64,000 bases of DNA from NCBI GenBank assembly GCA_028715985.1, contig JAQUQR010000002.1, positions 19,718-83,717 of the forward strand, in the 5' to 3' direction. The notes beneath the pieces were generated by a model, which ran no database searches, was not told where the DNA came from, and saw nothing but the letters and a program-made list of their open reading frames with translations. Of the stretch, positions 37,737 through 47,320 are shown in pieces. Every line of letters starts with the position of its first letter. Within the stretch, counting starts at the first letter, position 1. The translations under genes and the position numbers were made by a program. The DNA comes from Methanocellales archaeon. Its GTDB lineage: Archaea > Halobacteriota > UBA148.

Positions 37737-39218
37737 TTATTCGCCCTCTTTCTCACCAACTGCTGCCAAGAACCTTTTCATCACCGCCTCTTCGGACAAA
37801 CGCATGATCGTTTGTTTGTCCTTCACTCCACTGAAAACCCCCAAGGGAATCTGTGCAGCAGCAGCTGTAGAATGCCCACCAGCAGAGCCAATATCCCCAA
37901 AAGCCGCCCTCATCGCATTTCCGATGTTCAGTCTGATGTCTTTGCTCCTTCCGGAAATATAGATGTTTTCACCACCAAGTCCGAACACGATAACAGTCGT
38001 TATTCCCTCAAGATTTAGGAGATAATCCGCAGCCTGAGGGATTGCATCCCTATCTCTTATCAGACCTACATTCGAAATCAAATAGCTTCCTTTAATGCGC
38101 CTGCTTTGGATAGCTTCGCCCAAGATATCCAGCGTTTCAGTGGACATCGACGGCATCTCAACCTTTCCGAGCAGGTCGTGATCTGCTAGAGGATACAAAA
38201 ACGCCGCTGCCGTCAAATCTGCGGGGTCTGTCTCCATCTTGAACTCATGCGTATCGGTTCTTATGCCATAAAGCAGTGCAGTTGCAAGTTCTTTAGTAAT
38301 CGAGATGCCCAACTCTTGGAGATACTCAGTCATTATAGTAGCTGTTGCACCCATGTTAGGTCGGATATCATAATAAGTTGCGCCGACTTTTTCGATCTCG
38401 ACTGGGTGGTGGTCTACCACTATGTCGACCTTCACACCTTCTGGCAGTGAGTTATTGGCGCCTGGAAGAGCCGTATCTACAAGCGCGATTTTGTTGAATT
38501 CACTCAAATTCGATTCGTTGATTCGTTTTAATTGGATCTTAAGTAGGTTTATGAATGCCCGATTCTCTTGGTGACCAATATCGCCTTGATAGAGTACCTC
38601 TGCACCTATGCCAATATGCTCTGCCATATATTTCAATGCCAAACCACTTGCGATTGCGTCTGGATCCGGATTATCATGGATGACAACCCCCAGCTTGCCG
38701 CCCCTCCCAACTCCCTTCAAGAGTTTGAGCAACTCCCTCCCATGTCGAACGGCTTCGACGCGCTCGAGATATTGTACGGCAGTAGTTGCTATGATCGAGG
38801 ACGGGAGAAGGACCATATCTGCGCCAGCATCTTCTAATTTCTCCTTGGTCACCGGGTCTATTGCCCTTACCACTGTATTGATAACAGGGGATATCTCTTG
38901 GACGATCTTGAGCGCACTTTGATTTGCCTGAACGTTTGAACTGAGTATTAGCACAGCCCCGAACCTTTCTAGATTAGCCCGCCTCAATGCCTTGGGATCA
39001 CTGATGTTGCCTTGTATTGCTTCAAGTTTTTGATCTCTAAGAGATTCAACTCGTTGAGGATCTTTATCGATGACGATGAACTCTTTACCTTGTGCCCTAA
39101 GCTCGTTGGCAACTGCAAAGCCGACACTGCCACAACCTAGAATGGCATATTTAGGCGCTTTTTTAGTTAACATTCCCTCTTTTTTCTGTGTCTTTTGCAT
39201 GATAATGAATGCTAACAT
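37737..39218 (-). CDS. TrkA-N (NAD-binding) domain fused to a DHH/DHHA1 phosphoesterase
   Basis: ILGCGSVGFAV Rossmann motif, DPDAIAS, VVDHHP (the DHH motif), and SAGGHSTAAA (GGGH-like). The start may instead be at 39173. Confidence 0.75.
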   Translation of the reverse strand: MLAFIIMQKTQKKEGMLTKKAPKYAILGCGSVGFAVANELRAQGKEFIVIDKDPQRVESLRDQKLEAIQGNISDPKALRRANLERFGAVLILSSNVQANQSALKIVQEISPVINTVVRAIDPVTKEKLEDAGADMVLLPSSIIATTAVQYLERVEAVRHGRELLKLLKGVGRGGKLGVVIHDNPDPDAIASGLALKYMAEHIGIGAEVLYQGDIGHQENRAFINLLKIQLKRINESNLSEFNKIALVDTALPGANNSLPEGVKVDIVVDHHPVEIEKVGATYYDIRPNMGATATIMTEYLQELGISITKELATALLYGIRTDTHEFKMETDPADLTAAAFLYPLADHDLLGKVEMPSMSTETLDILGEAIQSRRIKGSYLISNVGLIRDRDAIPQAADYLLNLEGITTVIVFGLGGENIYISGRSKDIRLNIGNAMRAAFGDIGSAGGHSTAAAAQIPLGVFSGVKDKQTIMRLSEEAVMKRFLAAVGEKEGE

Positions 39219-39278
39219 CAGATGCCCTTATCCGTCTTTCGGTCAATATTTAAATACAATGACCCTAAGTATGTTTCA

Positions 39279-39462
39279 GGGCCGGTAGCTTAGTCAGGTA
39301 GAGCAACGGGCTCTTAACCAAAGGGAGCGAACTCAAGATATAAAATAAAATATGCTCCTTAGGGCATGAGATCCAAAGGAGAGACATGGAGGCTCCCTCG
39401 TAGAAGCAGTTTTTCCTTAGAGAGAGACCCGTCGGCCAAGGGTTCAAATCCCTTTCGGCCCG
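39279..39462 (+). tRNA. tRNA-Lys(CUU) with a 110-nt intron at the canonical 37/38 site (39317-39426)
   Basis: The exons give a 74-nt cloverleaf: GGGCCGG UA GCUU AGUCAGGUA GAGC A ACGGG CUCUUAA CCCGU CGGCC AAGGG UUCAAAU CCCUU UCGGCCC G. The BHB central helix is CUCU/AGAG. Confidence 0.8.
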
Positions 39463-39560
39463 TACCGTATACATTGGCTGCTTACATTTCGGTTTTCACC
39501 CAACCATACCCCCAACTGACTGGACCGCAGGGTTCGTATCAACTCATTTAAAAAAGCCGG

Positions 39561-39854
39561 TTAGGAAGGCCTATTTAGGAAGATTTCGATAGAGGAAACG
39601 TTGATATTCTCGCCTTTTTCCCCCTCTAACTTCTCAGTCCCGATTTTAATATCCTTTACTTGGACATCTGCCATAAATCGGTTTTTTACTACCTCGGCGG
39701 TATCCACTGCTCTGCTGATGGCCCTACCTCTGGCCTTGATGGCAACTTCGTTTGCACCATCGTTGAACTGCGTAACCGCTGCCAATACGTAGTTCATGAT
39801 AGGTTTGTTTCCGACATATATCACGTTATCTTCTGACCTCTTTGTTTCTGACAT
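39561..39854 (-). CDS. albA: DNA/RNA-binding protein Alba
   Basis: 97 aa: [21 protein letters not shown]...[21 protein letters not shown]. Confidence 0.9.
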   Translation of the reverse strand: MSETKRSEDNVIYVGNKPIMNYVLAAVTQFNDGANEVAIKARGRAISRAVDTAEVVKNRFMADVQVKDIKIGTEKLEGEKGENINVSSIEIFLNRPS

Positions 39855-39991
39855 CTTTGACCTCCTAGGTTACTATTGATGTTGGTTATTAGTTTTAGTA
39901 TCCTCATTATTAATGTTTTCCTCCGAAATAAGAAAAACTTGATGTAGTAGGGAATCTTAAAGATGCTGTTGCTAGATAAGGAGATGTTATA

Positions 39992-40996
39992 ATGGGGTCT
40001 ACTATAATAGTCGGCGGATTTTTTGGTGATGAGGGGAAAGGTAAGATCGTGGCACATCTTGCCCTAAAAGATAAGCCATCCATAATAGCAAGAGGTGGCG
40101 TCGGCCCCAATGCTGGGCATACCGTCGAAGAAGGCAAGCAAAAGCATGGCATTAGAATGGTGCCCTCGGGATTTATCTATGGAGATGCTAGGCTTCTAAT
40201 TGGAGCTGGTGTTTTGATCGACTCCCATGTCTTAGAGCGCGAAATAAAAGAGTTTAGAGTTCAGGATAGAATTGGCATCGATAGTAGGTGCACTCTCATC
40301 GAGGAAAAGCACATCCTAGAAGATAGGCAAAATAAACGGTTGGCAAGTGAGATAGGAAGCACAGGCACTGGATGTGGGCCAGCCAATAAGGATAGGGTTA
40401 TGAGATGCGCACGGCAAGCAAAAGAAGTCGAGGAGTTAAAGGCCTATATTACGGATGTTCCACTGGAGATCAACGATGCCCTTGATGCAGGCCAAAGGGT
40501 AATTATAGAAGGAACGCAAGGATTTGGTATATCGCTATTCTATGGTACATATCCCTACGTAACATCAAAGGATACAACGGCATCCCAGATCGCAGCTGAT
40601 GTCGGGATAGGCCCAACCCGGGTAGATGATGTAATAATCGTTTTTAAGGCATTTCCAACGCGGGTTGGTGAAGGACCTTTTCCAACTGAGGTGAGTCCAG
40701 AGGAGGCTAAGCGTATGGGCATTGTGGAATACGGCACCGTGACTGGCAGACAAAGACGCATAGGTATGTGGGACGGCCATATGGCAAAATATTCAGCTAG
40801 GGTCAATGGGGCGACACAAGTCGCTCTAACGGGTTTAGACAAACTCGATCCATCTTGTCATGGCGTTACAGACTATGATAGCCTTAGCGATACCATAAAA
40901 GAGTTCGTGAGTAATGCAGAACAGGATGTCGGAGTACCAATCACGATACTCTCAACTGGCCCCAATATATCCCAGACCATTGACTTACGCTCATGA
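39992..40996 (+). CDS. purA: Adenylosuccinate synthetase (short archaeal type)
   Basis: [14 protein letters not shown]-loop, GPNAGHT and [10 protein letters not shown]. Confidence 0.9.
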   Translation: MGSTIIVGGFFGDEGKGKIVAHLALKDKPSIIARGGVGPNAGHTVEEGKQKHGIRMVPSGFIYGDARLLIGAGVLIDSHVLEREIKEFRVQDRIGIDSRCTLIEEKHILEDRQNKRLASEIGSTGTGCGPANKDRVMRCARQAKEVEELKAYITDVPLEINDALDAGQRVIIEGTQGFGISLFYGTYPYVTSKDTTASQIAADVGIGPTRVDDVIIVFKAFPTRVGEGPFPTEVSPEEAKRMGIVEYGTVTGRQRRIGMWDGHMAKYSARVNGATQVALTGLDKLDPSCHGVTDYDSLSDTIKEFVSNAEQDVGVPITILSTGPNISQTIDLRS

Positions 40997-42309
40997 ACCT
41001 ACTTGATATTGCAATTAGGATTTTGGAGGAGGGGCCAATATGCGACCATTGTTTAGGAAGACAGTTTGCAAAGCTATCTACTGGGCTGACAAATGAGGAA
41101 AGGGGCGGTGCATTAAAGACCGCCTTAGCTATGCTTGGTCATCAAAAGTTTAAGGAAGGCGACTCCTCCCTCCTCAAAAGACTTGCACCGTGCACAAAGC
41201 AGGCTAGATCCATTTTGAACATTGATGGGACTGACGAGAAGTGCTGGCTTTGCAACGATCTGTTCCAGAGCTTGGATGTTTGGGTTCAGCGGTCACTGAC
41301 GTTGCTTAAAAAATACCAATATGATACCTTTCTCGTCTGCACAAAGGTATCAGGACTGCTTGCCGAGAACGAGGAGATACTATGGGCGGCAACATCCAGC
41401 ACAATATGGGCTGAACCGCTCAAATCAGAATTGAATCGAGAGATCGGAAAGTTGATTCAAGAAGAGACCGATAAAGAGGTTGATTTTGATCGACCCGACA
41501 TCTTCGTCCTGCTTAATCTAGCCGAGGACAAAGTCGAATTGCAAAGCAGTTCCTTGTTCATATATGGTCGATACAAGAAACTTGCCAGGGGAATACCACA
41601 AACGAGGTGGTCTTGCCCACTGTGTCAAGGTGAAGGATGCGAAGACTGTGATTACAAAGGGACACTTTACACAACATCCGTGGAGGGACTGATGAAAGAT
41701 CCCGTAATGGAATTCAGTGGGGGAACGGATGTCATACTTCACGGCGCTGGACGCGAAGATATAGATGCACTCATGCTCGGAACGGGAAGACCTTTCGTGT
41801 TGGAGGTAAAAGAGCCACTCTATCGGCATTTCGATCTGACAGACCTAGAGAACAGCATCAATAGATCGGCGGAGAATAGGATTGAGATAAAGGGGCTGGG
41901 ATTCGTTGAAAAGAAAATGGTGGCGGAGGTCAAAACTGCCGATGCAGATAAAGTTTATAGGCTCAGACTCACATTTAGTGAAGCAGTTTCGGAGGAGGAA
42001 CTAAAAGCTTCACTGGATAGATTATGTACTAAAATCAAACAAAGAACGCCCAGTAGGGTAGCACATCGGCGATCTGACAAAGTCAGAGCAAGAACTGTGC
42101 ATTTCGCCAAACTCATGGATTTGGATACAGAGGGCGCGACTATTTGCATCAGGTGTGAATCCGGGTTGTACGTCAAGGAACTGATTTCTGGTGATGATGA
42201 AAGGACAAATCCGAACCTTTCCGAACTTCTCGGAACTAAAGTATGGGTTAAGGAATTAGACGTCATTGGGGTTAAACATGCCAGGCTCAAGAAGAAAAAC
42301 GAGATATAA
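40993..42309 (+). CDS. pus10: tRNA pseudouridine(54/55) synthase Pus10
   Basis: 438 aa with an N-terminal CxxC zinc module, a THUMP-like region, and a C-terminal catalytic domain ([18 protein letters not shown]). Confidence 0.85.
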   Translation: MNLLDIAIRILEEGPICDHCLGRQFAKLSTGLTNEERGGALKTALAMLGHQKFKEGDSSLLKRLAPCTKQARSILNIDGTDEKCWLCNDLFQSLDVWVQRSLTLLKKYQYDTFLVCTKVSGLLAENEEILWAATSSTIWAEPLKSELNREIGKLIQEETDKEVDFDRPDIFVLLNLAEDKVELQSSSLFIYGRYKKLARGIPQTRWSCPLCQGEGCEDCDYKGTLYTTSVEGLMKDPVMEFSGGTDVILHGAGREDIDALMLGTGRPFVLEVKEPLYRHFDLTDLENSINRSAENRIEIKGLGFVEKKMVAEVKTADADKVYRLRLTFSEAVSEEELKASLDRLCTKIKQRTPSRVAHRRSDKVRARTVHFAKLMDLDTEGATICIRCESGLYVKELISGDDERTNPNLSELLGTKVWVKELDVIGVKHARLKKKNEI

Positions 42310-42559
42310 GCTTAAAAAAGATATAAAAGAGAGGGGGATGTCGCCCATAACTAGGGCTATTCAGAAATTTGAGATAGGGCAAAAAGTTCACATCACCATA
42401 GACCCTAGCATTCATAGGGGTGCCCCTCACCCTTCATTTCATGGTAAAACCGCTGAGGTGACAGGACGAAGGGGTAGAGCATACCTAGTGGAAGTGATGG
42501 ATGGAAATAGGCTCAAAGAGCTGATCATTCGTCCTTCTCATCTCAAGCCCCAAAGGTGA
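42278..42559 (+). CDS. rpl21e: 50S ribosomal protein L21e
   Basis: [14 protein letters not shown]...FEIGQKVHITIDPS...HPSFHGKTAEVTG. Confidence 0.9.
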   Translation: MPGSRRKTRYKLKKDIKERGMSPITRAIQKFEIGQKVHITIDPSIHRGAPHPSFHGKTAEVTGRRGRAYLVEVMDGNRLKELIIRPSHLKPQR

Positions 42560-42563
42560 GCCC

Positions 42564-42914
42564 ATGATCATAAAAGAAGTTGTAAGCGAGGAGCTATTAA
42601 CTCTTGCTGAGGTAAAGGACATCCTAAATAAAATTCGGGATGAAAGGCTAAAAAATGGGGAAGAGCTGAGATATGAGCAAAGGCGGGCAATTGAGCACGC
42701 CAATAAGTTTGCAAAGACCAGCGCAGAGTCATCCCGTGCTTTGGCAAAGGCTCTCCTCAAACTAGAGAAAATGAAACCAGAAATCGCCATCCATATTACC
42801 GATATAATGCCAAAGACAAAAGATGAGCTTAGGTCGATATACGCAAAGGAACGATATACGCTTGTAGAAAAAGAGCTAGAGACGATATTGAGTCTTGTTA
42901 ACGATCACGCCTAG
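42564..42914 (+). CDS. rpoF: DNA-directed RNA polymerase subunit Rpo4/F
   Basis: 116 aa, Rpb4-family-like, in the conserved position after L21e. Confidence 0.8.
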   Translation: MIIKEVVSEELLTLAEVKDILNKIRDERLKNGEELRYEQRRAIEHANKFAKTSAESSRALAKALLKLEKMKPEIAIHITDIMPKTKDELRSIYAKERYTLVEKELETILSLVNDHA

Positions 42915-42924
42915 GAGGTGGGCG

Positions 42925-43488
42925 ATGATGCAGAAGGAGGGTAAGGAGGATTACATATGGATTCTAGACTATTTACAATATGGTCATCCAGATGATCCTC
43001 GGCCCGTATATCAGAAAAAGCCCATAGTCCATGGCGTGGGTGAGATTCGTTTCGTGCTGCTGGAATTGATCCCGAAAGAGGGAGTAGTGCCAGAGGTCCA
43101 TAAAAGAGTCTACATAGGAGAGGGCGACAGAGATGAAATCGACCATGTGAAGCGTCGCTTAAAATATGACGAGTTGACCCATGGCGCTAAGATAGAGCTC
43201 CCCTATGTCCTTGAGGAGATAGTCAAGCTGGACGAGGGCAGATTTATCGACTTTTTCAATGATGCAGAGCCGTTGACAACAAGATTGCACCAACTGGAGT
43301 TGCTGCCCGGCATAGGGAAAAAATTGATGTGGGGCATCATTAACGAGCGGAAAAAAGGCGATTTTAAAAGCTTTGAGGATCTAACAAAAAGGGTCCAAGG
43401 CCTTCACCGTCCAGATAAGCTCATCGTCAACAGAATCGAGGAAGAGCTAAGGGATGAGCATACAAAATATCGAATTTTCGTGAGGTAA
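42925..43488 (+). CDS. DUF655-family putative RNA-binding protein
   Basis: EDYIWILDYLQYGHP..., with a C-terminal HhH-like segment LELLPGIGKK. An RBS (AGGAGGTG) lies upstream of ATG 42925. Confidence 0.75.
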   Translation: MMQKEGKEDYIWILDYLQYGHPDDPRPVYQKKPIVHGVGEIRFVLLELIPKEGVVPEVHKRVYIGEGDRDEIDHVKRRLKYDELTHGAKIELPYVLEEIVKLDEGRFIDFFNDAEPLTTRLHQLELLPGIGKKLMWGIINERKKGDFKSFEDLTKRVQGLHRPDKLIVNRIEEELRDEHTKYRIFVR

Positions 43489-43490
43489 TA

Positions 43491-44252
43491 TTGGGGGATC
43501 AACACTTTTTAATCGATGAGAAAGTGATAGATCGAATCATCAGATATGCTGAGTTAGATGGCAAGGAGACCGTTCTAGAGATCGGAGCTGGCACAGGTAA
43601 CCTGACGAAAAACTTAGCAAAAAACGCTGCAAATGTAATCGCAATCGAATCGGACCATCGCCTGGTAGAGGTGCTGGACGATCTTTCACTCACAAACGTC
43701 AAGATGATTCACGGCGATGCCCTTCAAGTGGTATTTCCAAAGTTTGACAAAGTCGTGTCAAATCTGCCTTATTCCATCTCCTCCGATATCACCTTCAAGC
43801 TCCTCAAACATGACTTCACGCTCGGCATCTTGATGTATCAACATGAATTCGCAAAAAGAATGATGGCAACCACCGACACGGAAAATTATGGCCGCTTATC
43901 CGTCGTAACACAGTATTTGGCCGAGACCCAAATTCTGGAAATCGTGCCAAAGACAGCGTTCTATCCGCAGGCAGAGGTGAAATCTGCCATAGTAAGACTG
44001 GTGCCGCGAACTCAAAACCTAGATAGGGATTTTTTCCTTGACTTTGTGGCTGCGATGTTTACGCAGCGAAGAAAGCAGATGAAAAATGCAATCCTCAATG
44101 CGGCCCACATGCTGAACCTGGGGGACGCGAGAAAACTCATCGATATGCTGCCCCGGGACCTGATGTCTAAACGACCGGAAAAATTGTATCCGGAAGAACT
44201 GGCTGCTTTATCCAATTTGATCTATGGTGCGCGCTATGAATATCCTGTATAG
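43491..44252 (+). CDS. rsmA: 16S rRNA (adenine1518/1519-N6)-dimethyltransferase KsgA/Dim1
   Basis: QHFLID...VLEIGAGTGNLT...VVSNLPYSISS. TTG start. Confidence 0.9.
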   Translation: MGDQHFLIDEKVIDRIIRYAELDGKETVLEIGAGTGNLTKNLAKNAANVIAIESDHRLVEVLDDLSLTNVKMIHGDALQVVFPKFDKVVSNLPYSISSDITFKLLKHDFTLGILMYQHEFAKRMMATTDTENYGRLSVVTQYLAETQILEIVPKTAFYPQAEVKSAIVRLVPRTQNLDRDFFLDFVAAMFTQRRKQMKNAILNAAHMLNLGDARKLIDMLPRDLMSKRPEKLYPEELAALSNLIYGARYEYPV

Positions 44253-44811
44253 GGACAAAGAGATCCTAATACTGCCAAAGGTTTATGAACCTGCTGAGGA
44301 CTCGTTCCTGATGGTAGAAGCGGTCTTGAGAGAGGTGCAAAAATCAGACAGGGTTTTAGAGATCGGAACCGGTTCTGGAATCATCTCGATGTTCGTTAAA
44401 GACATTGCACAGGTGATTGCCACTGATATCGGTCCACAAGCCGTGAAATGCGCCAAATTGAACGGCATAGACGTCATAAGGACAGATTTGTTTGACGGGA
44501 TCAACTTCAGGGCAAAATTCGACTTGATAGTGTTCAATCCACCCTACCTGCCTTCCGAAGAGCAAAAGACCGACATGGATGTTTTATGGGACGGAGGGGG
44601 CAGCGGTCGGACGACCATCAACCGTTTTTTGGACCGAGTGAAGGATTATCTGGCAGAAGACGGGCGAATATTGCTGCTGGCATCTTCACTGACAGGCATC
44701 GAGCAGATCACAGCGAGAATGGAGTCACTTGGCTTAGTGGTCGATGAAATCATGAGCGAAAAGCACTTCTTTGAAAGATTGGTCGTACTTCGGGGTTTCT
44801 TAAGAAGATAA
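44236..44811 (+). CDS. HemK-related N5-glutamine (release-factor) methyltransferase-like protein
   Basis: VYEPAEDSFL, VLEIGTGSG, and the FNPPY motif. Confidence 0.75.
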   Translation: MNILYRDKEILILPKVYEPAEDSFLMVEAVLREVQKSDRVLEIGTGSGIISMFVKDIAQVIATDIGPQAVKCAKLNGIDVIRTDLFDGINFRAKFDLIVFNPPYLPSEEQKTDMDVLWDGGGSGRTTINRFLDRVKDYLAEDGRILLLASSLTGIEQITARMESLGLVVDEIMSEKHFFERLVVLRGFLRR

Positions 44812-44836
44812 AATAAGATATTTCCATGACGAAACT

Positions 44837-45274
44837 ATGTATTGGGTGATGAAAATGACCGTATTAACGAGGGAAATAAGCTTTCAGACGAAGGGGAACG
44901 TCGACATCATCGATCTCACCGATAAAGTTGCCGAATCCCTCAGGGAGTCCCAGCTGAATGACGGAATTTTAACGGCCTTCGTGCCTGGCTCTACTGGCGC
45001 CATAACAACGGTAGAGTATGAACCAGGAGTTCTGGAAGATATGAAAAATGCACTGGAACGAATGATGCCCCAGGGCATAGAATACAAGCACAATCTCAGG
45101 TGGGGAGATGGCAACGGGCACTCTCACGTGAGAGCGTCCATGATGGGGCCAAGTTTGACCGTTCCCTTCTCGAACAAAAAATTGCTGATAGGCACATGGC
45201 AGCAAATCGTTTTCATAGACCTGGACGTAAGGCCCAGATCGCGCAGGATCATCGTACAGATTATGGGGGAGTGA
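44837..45274 (+). CDS. YjbQ/UPF0047-family protein
   Basis: ...GILTAFVPGSTGAITTVEYEPG...GNGHSHVRASMMGPS...GTWQQIVFIDLD. Confidence 0.8.
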   Translation: MYWVMKMTVLTREISFQTKGNVDIIDLTDKVAESLRESQLNDGILTAFVPGSTGAITTVEYEPGVLEDMKNALERMMPQGIEYKHNLRWGDGNGHSHVRASMMGPSLTVPFSNKKLLIGTWQQIVFIDLDVRPRSRRIIVQIMGE

Positions 45275-45437
45275 TAGTTAGGGAGGATTCAAACTGTACA
45301 TAACCACCGATAAAAAAGAGAGGCGCTGATATGAAAGAAGTTATTCTAAGAAATTTGAGGGGATAAAACTTTTTTAAACGATTTTGGGTGAGTGGTGGTT
45401 TTATTGTTTAGATACCATGACTAGAACTTTGAGTGAA

Positions 45438-46187
45438 CTACCTCTCCAGATATTCTTGGCACAATTCTGGATCTAAATCCCCCCTTAGGCAAGCGGTTTC
45501 GATATCAAGTAAGAACCCAGTCCCACGATAAAAACAAACTAGTTCACTTTTATCTTGGGCTTCTTCATATAGTCGAATATCTCCCCCAATCCCGCTTATA
45601 ATTGCTTTGATATTTCCTTCAGAATATGGATACGGATAAGTATAAGGCAAGCTGAAATCTTTGGCAGTTATGTTAATTTGCAAATTACGATACATGCAGA
45701 TATCACTCGAGAAATTAATTATTTTTACATACCTTTGTCCCGTTTTATCCTTATAAAATTCTAGTGTAAATGCATCTGCTCTTATAGAACAATTTGGATT
45801 AAGACCAGTTACTTCAAACTCAAAATAATCTTCATCACCCGGATCCAAGAATGTTTTGTGTTGTAAATGAGTTCTCTTAGTCTCATTGATTATACCCTCC
45901 ATCTTATAGTCTATCATTATATTTTCTAGAGTTTTTGTACCATTATTTTTCACGTTCACTCTAATTATATAATTTCCATTTGGTGCAGACATAGGGTATG
46001 GTAGTGGGTCTATTTTCAAACTCACCTTAGGTGGATTGAAAAAATTTTTAATAGGGTCTGTTATTGGCTGAACAATTACGATATCAGTTACTTCAGTGAA
46101 AATATTTGTTATCACAATTAGAATGATAGCCCATACAAACCTTTTGGCCCATACAACCTTTTTTGTTGGTGTTTTATCCTTTAACAT
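45438..46187 (-). CDS. Membrane-anchored hypothetical protein
   Basis: 249 aa with an N-terminal TM helix and a beta-rich ectodomain, in an AT-rich context. Confidence 0.45.
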   Translation of the reverse strand: MLKDKTPTKKVVWAKRFVWAIILIVITNIFTEVTDIVIVQPITDPIKNFFNPPKVSLKIDPLPYPMSAPNGNYIIRVNVKNNGTKTLENIMIDYKMEGIINETKRTHLQHKTFLDPGDEDYFEFEVTGLNPNCSIRADAFTLEFYKDKTGQRYVKIINFSSDICMYRNLQINITAKDFSLPYTYPYPYSEGNIKAIISGIGGDIRLYEEAQDKSELVCFYRGTGFLLDIETACLRGDLDPELCQEYLER

Positions 46188-46404
46188 ATAAGTAACTCAA
46201 TAATTTTAACTCATACCGAACCTTAAGCTTAACTAATTTTAGAATTAACGAAGATAAAAAGCTTTAACCATAGGATATATCATCTTCAAAAAGGATGTCC
46301 TTTGCCATACTATTTTCCCAAACTGACTATCCAATTACTAATCCTCTCATTGAACTCCCAGACCACGTCCTACTTCTTGGACTTGGGATACAAACTCAAG
46401 ACTC

Positions 46405-46722
46405 TCAGCCCAGTAATCCACCGATCACGCCCCCAACGAGACCGATTGCTCCGATAATCACCATTAAAGCTACACCAAGTCCGCCCATTATCGCACCTGC
46501 AAAGGGGATAATAGATGCAAGTACAGCTGCCATTATGAAAAAGGGCATGGCTGAAATGACGCCCAAGAGAAAGCCAACCCCAGCACCGCCGCTAGCACCA
46601 CCCTTGCACATGATGCCTGCAATCATACCACCGATAAACACTGAGATGAAAGGCGTTAAGAAGATGCCGAGAATAATCGTTAGCAAAATGCCTATTATGG
46701 CAGGTCCGAAGTATTTGGGCAT
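46405..46722 (-). CDS. Small Gly-rich polytopic membrane protein (DUF5518-like)
   Basis: 105 aa of GxxxG-rich helices. The opposite-strand ORF 46295-46738 is Pro-rich antisense noise. Confidence 0.55.
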   Translation of the reverse strand: MPKYFGPAIIGILLTIILGIFLTPFISVFIGGMIAGIMCKGGASGGAGVGFLLGVISAMPFFIMAAVLASIIPFAGAIMGGLGVALMVIIGAIGLVGGVIGGLLG

Positions 46723-46810
46723 TTTATCACCTCTTTAATTGTGGATAGTTTATGTTATCGCCTATTAATTCTATCCTTTAAATGGGTAGGATATTGCTTT
46801 CCTTTTATTA

Positions 46811-47203
46811 TTAAAGTGATTTGAGTTGTTCCGTATACCCATACTTTTTCAAAATGTCTGGCTCTGTTACTTTCTCCTTATACCCACAATGTTCCTCATC
46901 TTCACAGACCCACCACAGTACACCATTGACATCTCGGAGATACATGTTGTAACCACATGGTGGACATATTTTAGATTCTGTAAAGTTTTTAGTTGTAGTT
47001 TTTGATGGCGGCGTTGGCTCTGCTACTGGTCTTGGTGTAGGTGTTGGGGTTGGTGTAGGAGTAGGTGTAGGCCTAGTTGTAGGCGTTGGAGCTGGAGCGG
47101 GCTCTCCAGGTGATACACATCCTGAAAAGCCCATAGTTGCCATAGCTCCTGCAAGTGCGAGGGACTTGAGGAACTCGCGCCTTCCCATCTTCATAGTTCC
47201 CAT
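46811..47203 (-). CDS. Tat-signal lipoprotein with a PT linker and a Cys-rich C-terminal module
   Basis: GRREFLKSLALAGA...GFSGC (twin-arginine signal plus lipobox), then a TPTP linker, then CPPCGY...VCEDEEHC. Confidence 0.6.
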   Translation of the reverse strand: MGTMKMGRREFLKSLALAGAMATMGFSGCVSPGEPAPAPTPTTRPTPTPTPTPTPTPRPVAEPTPPSKTTTKNFTESKICPPCGYNMYLRDVNGVLWWVCEDEEHCGYKEKVTEPDILKKYGYTEQLKSL

Positions 47204-47320
47204 TACATATTGTCCAACATATCATATAAAGTTTTCACGAATCTGGTATCTCCAGCGTTTTTCTTCCTGTTATCCTTGCCTTTATCCTGTGTTCTCTTCC
47301 CAACTGAAACCCACGTCCTT

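Noticed and set aside
39317-39426. A C/D-box guide sRNA inside the long tRNA-Lys intron, by analogy with haloarchaeal tRNA-Trp
   Set aside because: There is no RUGAUGA C box (only AUGAGAU) and no CUGA D box anywhere in the intron. I also scanned other intergenic TGATGA occurrences (near 4459, 29775, 30156 and 62264), and none has a D box at the right spacing.
39265-39551. ORFs 39265-39474 (minus strand) and 39366-39551 (plus strand)
   Set aside because: They overlap the tRNA-Lys exons and intron, so they are explained by the RNA gene.
46295-46738. 147-aa Pro-rich plus-strand ORF
   Set aside because: It is antisense to the Gly-rich membrane protein at 46405-46722, which has a sensible TM pattern.
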